Shown here piece by piece: positions 43,786 to 51,008 of a stretch of 64,000 nucleotides of DNA. A program made the translations under genes and the position numbers. This DNA is from Planctomycetota bacterium (GTDB lineage Bacteria; Planctomycetota; MHYJ01; WSZJ01): contig JBBTCT010000022.1 in NCBI GenBank assembly GCA_038060895.1, positions 229,301 through 293,300 on the forward strand, written 5' to 3'. Each line of letters opens with the position of its first letter. The first letter of the stretch is position 1. Below the pieces are notes generated by a model. It saw only the letters and a list, made by a program, of their open reading frames with translations. It had not been told where the DNA came from and did no database searches.

Positions 43786-44175
43786 ATGCGAAGGAACAAC
43801 AAGATCGTGAGCCTTGGAGAGGAAATCGCGGCGAAGCGCCGGGAGCTGGCGGCGCTTGAGGCCGAACTTGACATCGAAGTCAGGCGGTATAGCGGTGGTC
43901 ATGCGAAGGCTCCACAAGCGGTGGTGACACCGCCTAGACCTGCGGACCCTGAAGAGGTCCTTCTGAGTGATGCCATCATCGCTGGCAAGGTGGTGCCTCT
44001 CTTGGACAGGGAGCCGGATCGGGTGTTCACCGTGGATGATATCACAAGATTGACCGGAGTGCCGCGCCACCTTCTGGTGATGTCTATCGGGCGCATGGTG
44101 CGCTGGCACAAGGTCCACAAAGTGGAAGCTGGCAAGTACAAGGCATCCACGGTTAAGAAAGCGATGGAGGGATAA
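43786..44175 (+). CDS. IS cargo protein: coiled-coil N-terminus + possible winged-helix C-terminus
   Basis: 'MRRNNKIVSLGEEIAAKRRELAALEAELD...FTVDDITRLTGVPRHLLVMSIGRMVRWHKVHKVEAGKYK'. The track starts it at TTG 43750, which coincides with the -35 box. Confidence 0.6.
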   Translation: MRRNNKIVSLGEEIAAKRRELAALEAELDIEVRRYSGGHAKAPQAVVTPPRPADPEEVLLSDAIIAGKVVPLLDREPDRVFTVDDITRLTGVPRHLLVMSIGRMVRWHKVHKVEAGKYKASTVKKAMEG

Positions 44176-44182
44176 AGAAAAA

Positions 44183-44203
44183 CCCTCGGTCGTTGGCCGA
44201 GGG
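44183..44203. other. hairpin CCCTCGG-N7-CCGAGGG between the cargo ORF and the first tRNA
   Basis: Read directly. An A-run lies on the + side and a T-run on the - side, so a terminator function would be leftward only. It could instead be a processing or stability element. Confidence 0.4.
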
Positions 44204-44215
44204 TGTACGTCGGTT

Positions 44216-44307
44216 GGAGAGGTGTCCGAGTGGCTTATGGTGCTGGTTTCCAAAACCAGTGAACGGTGGTGACACACCGTCCGAGGGTTCGACTCCCTCC
44301 CTCTCCG
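44216..44307 (+). tRNA. type II tRNA, Ser-like body (G73, long variable arm), anticodon CCA
   Basis: Manual cloverleaf. Acceptor GGAGAGG/CCTCTCC. D-arm TCC-GAGTGGCTTAT-GGT. Anticodon stem CTGGT/ACCAG with loop TTCCAAA. 23-nt variable arm (ACGGTG-GTGACA-CACCGT). T-arm GAGGG-TTCGACT-CCCTC. Discriminator G. No encoded CCA end. Confidence 0.8.
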
Positions 44308-44325
44308 TTTTGCTGTTCTGAGGCT

Positions 44326-44420
44326 GGCCGGGTGGCGGAACTGGTTTACGCGCCCGACTTGGAATCGGGTGGTTGTCTCTTGACGGGGGCACCATGCGGG
44401 TTCGAATCCCGTCCCGGTCA
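44326..44420 (+). tRNA. type II tRNA, Leu-like body (A73, GGCGGAAYTGGT D-arm), anticodon UGG
   Basis: Manual cloverleaf. Acceptor GGCCGGG/CCCGGTC (one G.U pair). D-arm GCG-GAACTGGTTTA-CGC. Anticodon stem CCCGA/TCGGG with loop CTTGGAA. ~26-nt variable arm. T-arm GCGGG-TTCGAAT-CCCGT. Discriminator A. Confidence 0.75.
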
Positions 44421-44484
44421 GTCTCATTTTTGAAAGATCGAAGCGCCTTTGCGAAGTGCTTGAGGCTGGCGCGTGTCAAAAGAA

Positions 44485-44528
44485 TACAACAAGACTGGGT
44501 GCGTGTCAACTTGCGAAATTGACGCACC
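44485..44528 (-). terminator. hairpin plus T-rich tract downstream of the transposase
   Basis: GGTGCGT(GT)CAA-N9-TTGACGCACC (44498-44528). On the minus strand it is followed by CAGTCTTGTTGTATTCTTTTG. Confidence 0.45.
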
Positions 44529-44541
44529 GCGCCAACTCTGA

Positions 44542-45495
44542 CTAGCGCTTCACATCCCGCTTTGGCGCTTCCAGAGTGAGGCGTTTTCCTTCGGTGCGCT
44601 GGATCGCGTCGAGCATCTTCGCCCCGTCTGACTTCTTCCGGTTGTTGAACGTCCAGAGGTAGGAATCGAGGTACTTCGGAAGGTAGTCATGCCCAACGCC
44701 GTGGAAGATGCCCACGATGGAAGTCTTGAAGTTGGCGAAGAGGCCCTCAACGCCGTTCGTCGTGACGTCCCCACGGGCGTACTCTTCGATGGAGTGGTTG
44801 ACGGTTTCATGCTTCACCATCATCCGCCCTGGCGTGACGTACAGCTTGGATTCGTCTGAGTGAAGCACCGTCCGCTTGGGATCAACGTTCTTCATTACGA
44901 AGCGGCGGATGTCCCGCGCGTTGGCCTTGGGCGCTGGCTTGACGACGGCACGCGCGGACCCTCCACGCTGAACCAGCGCCAGCACGGTTGACTTCTTCAC
45001 GGCCTTGCCACGGCGCGATCCGCGCCCCTTGTGGCCGAAGTAGGTTTCGTCCGCTTCGATGATCCCGGCGAGTGGTGACTTGTCGGAGTTCTGGAGAGCG
45101 TGGCGCACCCGATGGCAGAGAAACCACGCGGTGCGATAACTGCCGAGTTCAAGGTGCCGCTGGATTGCCAGCGCCGAGATTCCTGTCTTGCTGGACGAAA
45201 TGAGGTAGAAGGCCAGCAGCCACTTGTTGAGCGGGATGTGGCTGTCCTCGAAGATCGTGCCAACGGTGCAAGTGAACTGCTTCCGGCACGCCACGCAGAA
45301 CAGCAGCCCCTTGCGAATCTTCTTCTCCGCGTCTGGCTTGAGCCGGGCGACCTTCTCGCGTTCGGTGCAGCCACAGTGCGGGCAAACGGGGCCAGAGGGC
45401 CAGCGCACCGCTTCGATGTAGTTACGCGCGGCGTCCTCGTCTGGGAAGAGAGAGAAGATGTTCGTCAGGCTCACGGCATCGGGCGTCGGGATCAT
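44542..45495 (-). CDS. IS1595-family (ISXO2-like) DDE transposase with N-terminal zinc ribbon
   Basis: 'RWPSGPVCPHCGC...LLFCVACRKQFTCTVGTIFEDSHIPLNKWLLAFYL', 'DETYFG', 'VLHSDESKLY' and 'TNGVEGLFANFK'. SD AAGGAG. Confidence 0.92.
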   Translation of the reverse strand: MIPTPDAVSLTNIFSLFPDEDAARNYIEAVRWPSGPVCPHCGCTEREKVARLKPDAEKKIRKGLLFCVACRKQFTCTVGTIFEDSHIPLNKWLLAFYLISSSKTGISALAIQRHLELGSYRTAWFLCHRVRHALQNSDKSPLAGIIEADETYFGHKGRGSRRGKAVKKSTVLALVQRGGSARAVVKPAPKANARDIRRFVMKNVDPKRTVLHSDESKLYVTPGRMMVKHETVNHSIEEYARGDVTTNGVEGLFANFKTSIVGIFHGVGHDYLPKYLDSYLWTFNNRKKSDGAKMLDAIQRTEGKRLTLEAPKRDVKR

Positions 45496-45520
45496 GGGCG
45501 TCTCCTTTGAGTACGCCTAA

Positions 45521-45549
45521 AAGATACTAGATCATGCTTGTTTTGTCAA
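45521..45549 (-). promoter_or_regulatory. transposase promoter candidate, -35 TTGACA inside the right IR, N17, -10 TATCTT
   Basis: Minus-strand reading gives TTGACA (45549-45544), a 17-nt spacer and TATCTT (45526-45521). Confidence 0.5.
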
Positions 45550-45562
45550 GTGCATAATCCCG
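45542..45562. repeat. right terminal inverted repeat TTTGTCAAGTGCATAATCCCG
   Basis: Exact reverse complement of 43427-43447. Confidence 0.95.
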
Positions 45563-45721
45563 ATTTCAAGCTTAACATTATGATATTAAATAAGTTATGA
45601 CACATTGTCTGCAACGGTTCATTCGGCACGTGCGTTGCAATTCAATCTTGACGCGACCTGATCAACGAACGGTTGCGGCCTTCACTTCCCAAACAACAAC
45701 TCACCGATCGGAGAACGACCC

Positions 45722-46261
45722 ATGAGCAACACATTGGACACAACCATCCGGGTTCAGTGGTCCCCGGCCCCCGGCTCCCCCGAAGCCCTTTCTTCCAACC
45801 GCCGTCTCTCGAAGCTCGCCGCTGCGGCGCTTCACTGCGCCTGGCTGTCCTACATCGCGGCGCTCTTCCTTCCTGCCGCTGTCTACACACCCGGCTACCT
45901 GTGCCTGCTCGGGTCGGCCGTTTCGGTGGTGGTTCTCTGCCTGGGCTCGGTCTCCGCGCTCGTTCCCGCGCTTCTGTTCATCCCGAACCTGGCGATGCTC
46001 CTGAGCCCGATGGTCCTGGCGCGGTCCGTGCGTCGCGGCCGCATGATGCAGGTCCTGAGCGGGCTCAGCGTGGCCGGCGCCATCCTGACCGTTTCGTGCG
46101 GCGCGCTGATCTGCTCCCAGGGGCTCGACACCGGCGGCTGCGGCGGCACGGGCGGACGGAACTCCGATCCGGAGATCGGGTTCTTCATGTGGGTCGTGTC
46201 GGCGGTCTTCCTCGCGGCCGGCACGGTCCTCGCCCGCCGGTCGGAAGGCGCCGCGAAGTAA
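45722..46261 (+). CDS. multi-pass membrane protein, hypothetical
   Basis: Four or more hydrophobic segments, including 'AAALHCAWLSYIAALFLPAAV', 'LLGSAVSVVVLCLGSVSALVPALLFI' and 'FFMWVVSAVFLAAGTVL'. SD GGAGAA. Confidence 0.65.
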   Translation: MSNTLDTTIRVQWSPAPGSPEALSSNRRLSKLAAAALHCAWLSYIAALFLPAAVYTPGYLCLLGSAVSVVVLCLGSVSALVPALLFIPNLAMLLSPMVLARSVRRGRMMQVLSGLSVAGAILTVSCGALICSQGLDTGGCGGTGGRNSDPEIGFFMWVVSAVFLAAGTVLARRSEGAAK

Positions 46262-46353
46262 GTCCGGTCTCCTCTCTGCCGAACGGGCCGCGCGATCCCC
46301 ACGGATCCGCGGCCCGTCGCGTTTCCGGCATTCTTCGGGGACAATGCCCCGGA

Positions 46354-46713
46354 ATGGACCAGCTGAACACCGTGCGCGTTCACCTCCTCGAACTTCATCG
46401 CCTCCTCCTCGCCGTCGAGCGCGAGGACTACGAACGCGTCCACGGCCGCGTGACGGGCGCCACCTTCCTGAACGTGCTGACCTCCGACCCGGCGTTCGCA
46501 TGGCTGCGGCCCCTCACGTCGCTGATCCTCACGCTGGACGAGATGCTGGAAGCGGAACTCACCGAGGCCGACCGGGTGGACGGCATCACGCGCATCCGCG
46601 CTTTCCTGGCCCCCGACGAAAACGGGAACGAGTTCCAGAGGAGGTACGCCGACGCGCTTCAGCAGAGCCCGCACGTTCTACTCGCGCACGGGGTGGTGAT
46701 GAAGGCGCTGTAG
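46354..46713 (+). CDS. hypothetical helical protein
   Basis: C-terminal 119 aa of track ORF 45673..46713, starting at 'MDQLNTVRVHLLELHRLLL'. The upstream part of that ORF is antisense-type junk. Confidence 0.5.
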   Translation: MDQLNTVRVHLLELHRLLLAVEREDYERVHGRVTGATFLNVLTSDPAFAWLRPLTSLILTLDEMLEAELTEADRVDGITRIRAFLAPDENGNEFQRRYADALQQSPHVLLAHGVVMKAL

Positions 46714-46744
46714 ACCGCCGCCGGGCGCTCCCCCGGCTCACTGT

Positions 46745-46772
46745 AATAGACAATAAAACCATTATGTCTATT
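46745..46772. promoter_or_regulatory. palindrome AATAGACA-N12-TGTCTATT upstream of the antitoxin gene (candidate operator)
   Basis: Read directly. It sits in an AT-rich stretch 40-65 nt before ATG 46812. ATTATG direct repeats are nearby. Confidence 0.45.
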
Positions 46773-46811
46773 CTGGGCATTATGGTAATTTCCGTCCAGG
46801 AGGTTTCACCC

Positions 46812-47162
46812 ATGACGACAAGTTCCCTGCCGACGCCGACGGGCGAATCCGTTCCCATGACCAGCTTCCCGGCCTCTGCGCTCAAGAACTCCGCTGCGGA
46901 TGTCCTGGAGATGGTCCTGACCTCCGGCGCCGTTGTCATCACCCGACACGGCAAGGAGAAGGCCGTGATCCTGTCCGTCGAAGCCTACCGGCGACTCGTG
47001 GCTTCCCGCCGCGACGACCTGGACGTTCTACGCGCAAAATTCGGCGGGCTGCTAGCCAGAATGCAGACTCCCGCTGCGCGAAAGGGCGCACGGGCCGCCT
47101 TCGACGCTTCGCCGGATGAAATGGGCAAAGCAGCCGTAAAGGCGGCGCGCCGCCGTGGCTGA
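46812..47162 (+). CDS. Phd/YefM-type antitoxin
   Basis: 'SALKNSAADVLEMVLTSGAVVITRHGKEKAVILSVEAYRRL'. SD AGGAGG. It overlaps the toxin gene by 8 nt. Confidence 0.75.
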   Translation: MTTSSLPTPTGESVPMTSFPASALKNSAADVLEMVLTSGAVVITRHGKEKAVILSVEAYRRLVASRRDDLDVLRAKFGGLLARMQTPAARKGARAAFDASPDEMGKAAVKAARRRG

Positions 47163-47802
47163 CCGCCGCGCCGTCATCACCGTGCTCGCCGGCACGAATG
47201 GCGCCGGCAAGAGCAGCATTGCAGGAGCCACGATTCGTTCGCGCCAGGCGGACTACTACAACCCTGACGAAGCGGCGCGCGCTCACAAGGAAGCGCATCC
47301 GGAGGCGACTGCCGAAGAAGCGAACGCCGCTGCGTGGGAATTCGGCCGCCGCATGCTCGAAGAGGCCGCTCGTGAGCGGAAGAACTTCGCCTTTGAAACG
47401 ACACTGGGCGGCAACACGATCATGTTTCTTCTTGAGAATGCAGCGAATTCCGGTTTGGACGTGCGGATCTGGTACACCGGACTTGCTTCAGTCGAGTTGC
47501 ACCTCAAACGCGTCCGGCAACGGGTCCGCCTGGGAGGTCACGACATTCCCGAGGAAATGATCCGGCGCCGCTATGAGAACGGGCCCCGGAACCTGATCCG
47601 CCTCATGCCGAAGCTCGCCTCGCTGCGCGTCTACGACAACAGTGCCGCAGGGGATCCCGCCGCGGGAGTGGCTCCGAAACCAGTTCTTGTTCTGCAGATG
47701 GAAAAGGGCCGAATTGCCGGGCCGAAGGATCTGTCCCGGACTTCCGAATGGGCGAAATCGATCGTCGCGCGGGCCATGGAACTTCACTCGGCGCCCAGGT
47801 AG
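47155..47802 (+). CDS. zeta-toxin-family P-loop kinase
   Basis: '[15 protein letters not shown]' (Walker A) and 'FAFETTLGG'. About 215 aa. GTG start. Confidence 0.75.
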   Translation: MADRRAVITVLAGTNGAGKSSIAGATIRSRQADYYNPDEAARAHKEAHPEATAEEANAAAWEFGRRMLEEAARERKNFAFETTLGGNTIMFLLENAANSGLDVRIWYTGLASVELHLKRVRQRVRLGGHDIPEEMIRRRYENGPRNLIRLMPKLASLRVYDNSAAGDPAAGVAPKPVLVLQMEKGRIAGPKDLSRTSEWAKSIVARAMELHSAPR

Positions 47803-47863
47803 CGACCCCGCTCGGATCGGCATTGTGCTATCCTCCCGCCCCCTCATTTCCGGAACCACCTTG

Positions 47864-49387
47864 ATGCGTTTCGCAGACCTGCACCTGATCGAGCCTCTTC
47901 TCCGCGCCGTGCACGACGAAGGCTATGTCACGCCCACCCCCATCCAGGAAATGTCGATCCCGCACGTGCTGGAAGGGAAGGACCTGCTCGGCTGCGCCCA
48001 GACCGGCACCGGCAAGACGGCGGCCTTCGCACTTCCGATCCTCCAGCGCCTCCACGCCCAGCCCATCCCGAACCCGCGATACGTGCGCGTGCTGGTGCTC
48101 GCGCCCACGCGCGAGCTGGCGACCCAGATCGGCGATTCGTTCCGGACCTACGGGAAACACCTCGGCTTCCGGCACGTCACCATCTACGGCGGCGTCGGCC
48201 AGAACCCGCAGGCACAGGCGCTTCACCGCGGCGTCGACATCGTCGTCGCCACCCCCGGCCGGCTGCTCGACCTGATGCAGCAGGGGTATGCGAAGCTGAA
48301 CCGGGTGGAAGTGCTGGTGCTCGACGAAGCGGACCGGATGCTGGACATGGGGTTCATCCACGACGTGAAGCGGATCATCGCGGCGATCCCGAAGAAGCGG
48401 CAGACGCTTTTTTACAGCGCGACGCTGCCGCGCGAGATCCAGTCGCTGGCGCACGACATCCTGTCGAGCCCGGTTCGCGTCGAGGTCACGCCCGCGGCGA
48501 CGACGGTCGAGAAAATCGCACAGTCGGTGTGCTTCGTGGACAAGGGAAACAAGTTCACGGTCCTTCAGGGGCTTCTGCGCGACACGAAAATTCAGCGCGC
48601 CCTCATTTTCACGCGCACGAAGCACGGCGCGAACAAGCTCGCCAAGCAGCTCAACCAGGTCGGCGTCCGATCCGACGCCATCCATGGGAACAAGGCGCAG
48701 ACGGCGCGCGAGCGCGCGCTGGCGGACTTCGGGCGAGGCAAGATCCGGGTCCTGGTCGCCACCGACATCGCCGCGCGCGGGATCGACGTCGAGGGCATCA
48801 CGCACGTCTTCAACTACGACCTCCCCAACGTCCCCGACAGCTACGTGCACCGCATCGGGCGCACCGCGCGAGCGGGGGCTTCCGGCGAAGCGATTTCATT
48901 CTGCTCCCCCGAGGAGCGCGGCGAGCTGTCCGACATCGAGCGGCTGATCCGGATGACGCTTCCGACGCGGCCGGGACAGCCGGAACGGCCCGCGGCGGGG
49001 CGGCCGGGCGGCCAATCGGCCGGGCGGGCAGGCGGGCGCAGCTTCGGCTCCTCAGGGCAGATGGGCGGCTCCTCGAATCGCTTCAATCGCCCGGGACAGG
49101 GACATGGAGGCCACGCGCACCGCTCGCAGGGCGCGAAGCCGGCCGGTCACGGCCACTCCGGGTCCCACGGCCACCACACTTCCGGCGGTCACGCCGCTTC
49201 CCACGTCCAGGCAGCCTCCCACGGCTCAACTCCCGCGCACCCGGCTCCGCACTCCCACGCCGCGCCTCACTCGCACGGAGCTCCGCGATCCGCCGGCGGT
49301 TCGCATCAGCACGGCGGCGCGCCGGCTCACGGCCAGGGCCGCTTCGCGGGAAAACTCCGGGGACGGCATCCCCGGAAGGGGCGTTAG
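47864..49387 (+). CDS. DEAD-box ATP-dependent RNA helicase (RhlE-like) with His/Gly/Ala-rich basic tail
   Basis: Q-motif 'YVTPTPIQ', 'AQTGTGKT', 'PTRELA', '[13 protein letters not shown]', 'SAT' and '[10 protein letters not shown]'. Confidence 0.92.
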   Translation: MRFADLHLIEPLLRAVHDEGYVTPTPIQEMSIPHVLEGKDLLGCAQTGTGKTAAFALPILQRLHAQPIPNPRYVRVLVLAPTRELATQIGDSFRTYGKHLGFRHVTIYGGVGQNPQAQALHRGVDIVVATPGRLLDLMQQGYAKLNRVEVLVLDEADRMLDMGFIHDVKRIIAAIPKKRQTLFYSATLPREIQSLAHDILSSPVRVEVTPAATTVEKIAQSVCFVDKGNKFTVLQGLLRDTKIQRALIFTRTKHGANKLAKQLNQVGVRSDAIHGNKAQTARERALADFGRGKIRVLVATDIAARGIDVEGITHVFNYDLPNVPDSYVHRIGRTARAGASGEAISFCSPEERGELSDIERLIRMTLPTRPGQPERPAAGRPGGQSAGRAGGRSFGSSGQMGGSSNRFNRPGQGHGGHAHRSQGAKPAGHGHSGSHGHHTSGGHAASHVQAASHGSTPAHPAPHSHAAPHSHGAPRSAGGSHQHGGAPAHGQGRFAGKLRGRHPRKGR

Positions 49388-49472
49388 CCGGAGTTCGTCC
49401 AGGGAGATCGAACCCGCGGCTCAGCGGTTCGTTGAAGGGGAGGACGCCCGGACGGGCGGCCCAACCCTTCTC

Positions 49473-50933
49473 ATGAGAACACTTCTCAGCCCCTGTCTTG
49501 CCGCGCTTGCGACGGCGGCCTGCTTCGCGATGAACGCGAGCGCCGAAGAGCCCGCTTCCGCCGATGTGTTCATCGAAACGGCCGACGGAACGATGATCGC
49601 GGGCACCTTGCCCTCGGACCTGGCGTTTGTGCTCGCGCGACCGGACGGAGAAACGAAAATCGCCGCGGGTGCGGTGCGCCGGCTGGCGGTGTCGAGCCTT
49701 CGGGAAGCGGAAGCGCTGGAGCTGGAGGCTTCGGTCAAGGGGATCGGAGTGCGGTGGAAGAGCGAGGAATTCGAGGAGCGCGAAGCGGCGACGAAGGAAG
49801 CGTTGAAGCTGCCGGCGGCGGCGGCGGCGTTCCTGTCGCGATTGAGAGCGGACCCGGACGCGGAGGTGGGCGCGCGGGCGCGCGAGGTGCTGGAAGAGAT
49901 CCAGGCGCGCGGAGACCCGGGCGATGCGCGCGACCAGGTATTTGCGGACGGCAAGATCCTGCGGGGCTGGCTGAAGCTCGAGACGTTCACGCTCACGACG
50001 ATGCTGGGGCCGGCCAAGATTTCACTGGCGGACGTGCGCACGCTGCGCCGGGTGGAAGAGCCGGAGCGCCTGCCGCGCGCGACACAGGAGGACGAATGGC
50101 CACCGCCGCCGCCGGACCGGCCCGCGCCGCCGCCGGCGAACGGTTCTATTCAGGTCGCGATGCTTCTGCGAAACGGCTGGCGGCTCGTGGGCGAGTTGGC
50201 GCCGGAGGCTCTTTCTCTCGAAGGAGAGAACGGCGACCTGGTGGCGATGGAGAACCTCGTCCGGCTCGAACGGGCGAAGGACGATCGCAAGTTCTTCCGG
50301 GTGATCCGAAAGGGAAAACCTTCGGTCAGCGCGACGCTGGCGGCAGATGAGGTCGCTCTCGATGCGCTCGTCGGGCGCTGGGCCGTGCCCGCCGACGACA
50401 TCGAGTGGATTGAGTTCGGGCCGCTTCGGCGCAACTCGGGAGCCCTCGTTCAACTCATTGCCGACTTCACCGCGGCGAAGGCCGCCGGCGAAAAACGGCT
50501 GGAGTCGAAGTTCTGGGTCCACATCCGCGACCAGCGTGCCAACCCGTGGGACAGCGCGGGAAAGGTGGGAATGACCTGGTCGCTTCTCGACGTCCAGGGC
50601 GACGCCTGCCTGGTCGGCGTGCACGCGAAGAGCAACGCCTACCAGGGCGATACGTCCGTGGAGGAAGAGCTTCCGATCCTCGCGATCCGCAAAGGGAAGT
50701 TCGCGCCGCCGGAGGGGCTGGACGTCTCGAACGCGTACCGGGGCTGGGCCTCGGGCGAGATCCGGCTGACGCGGCCGGTGCGCGGGACGGCGATGACTTC
50801 GCTGGAAGCGGCGAACAAGCTGGTCGTGGAGGAGTTCGGGGACGGCTGGCGGATGGCGCAGTTCCACGATACGAACAGGACGGGATGGCACTGGTGGGCC
50901 TACTGGGTGGATCCGACCGGGAAAGAGAAGTAG
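49473..50933 (+). CDS. secreted hypothetical protein
   Basis: Signal peptide 'MRTLLSPCLAALATAACFAMNASA'. Normal composition. No motif recognised. Confidence 0.7.
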   Translation: MRTLLSPCLAALATAACFAMNASAEEPASADVFIETADGTMIAGTLPSDLAFVLARPDGETKIAAGAVRRLAVSSLREAEALELEASVKGIGVRWKSEEFEEREAATKEALKLPAAAAAFLSRLRADPDAEVGARAREVLEEIQARGDPGDARDQVFADGKILRGWLKLETFTLTTMLGPAKISLADVRTLRRVEEPERLPRATQEDEWPPPPPDRPAPPPANGSIQVAMLLRNGWRLVGELAPEALSLEGENGDLVAMENLVRLERAKDDRKFFRVIRKGKPSVSATLAADEVALDALVGRWAVPADDIEWIEFGPLRRNSGALVQLIADFTAAKAAGEKRLESKFWVHIRDQRANPWDSAGKVGMTWSLLDVQGDACLVGVHAKSNAYQGDTSVEEELPILAIRKGKFAPPEGLDVSNAYRGWASGEIRLTRPVRGTAMTSLEAANKLVVEEFGDGWRMAQFHDTNRTGWHWWAYWVDPTGKEK

Positions 50934-51008
50934 GGAGGAGCGCTCGATCGCGGCCCTCTGTCCGCCGAACAAGCCGGAAAGGAGGTCCCTGCAACTACAC
51001 TCCGTTCC

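Larger units (their letters stand above)
43427..45562 (-). mobile_element. IS1595-family insertion sequence with passenger genes (2,136 bp)
   Basis: Perfect 21-bp terminal IRs. An identical 7-bp ATTTCAA flanks both ends (43420-43426 and 45563-45569). Contains an ISXO2-like transposase. GC is lower than in the flanks. Confidence 0.85.

Noticed and set aside
44216-44420. Possibility that the long-arm tRNAs are tRNA-Sec, or that they lie on the minus strand.
   Set aside because: Both have 7/5 acceptor/T-stem geometry, 3-bp D-stems and no UCA anticodon, so they do not have the 8/5 tRNA-Sec form. The GTTCGA T-loop consensus is present only on the plus strand.
43699-44427. 242-aa minus-strand ORF covering the cargo ORF and both tRNAs.
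   Set aside because: It overlaps two well-folding tRNA genes and a plus-strand ORF that has a promoter. Its translation has no recognisable features.
43340-45650. Similar AT-rich strings on both sides of the IS (AAAATAAGT / TAAATAAGT, TTAATGATAT / TTATGATATT) as ends of a second, outer element.
   Set aside because: The matches are short, imperfect and in inconsistent orientation. They are more simply explained as an AT-rich intergenic target region.
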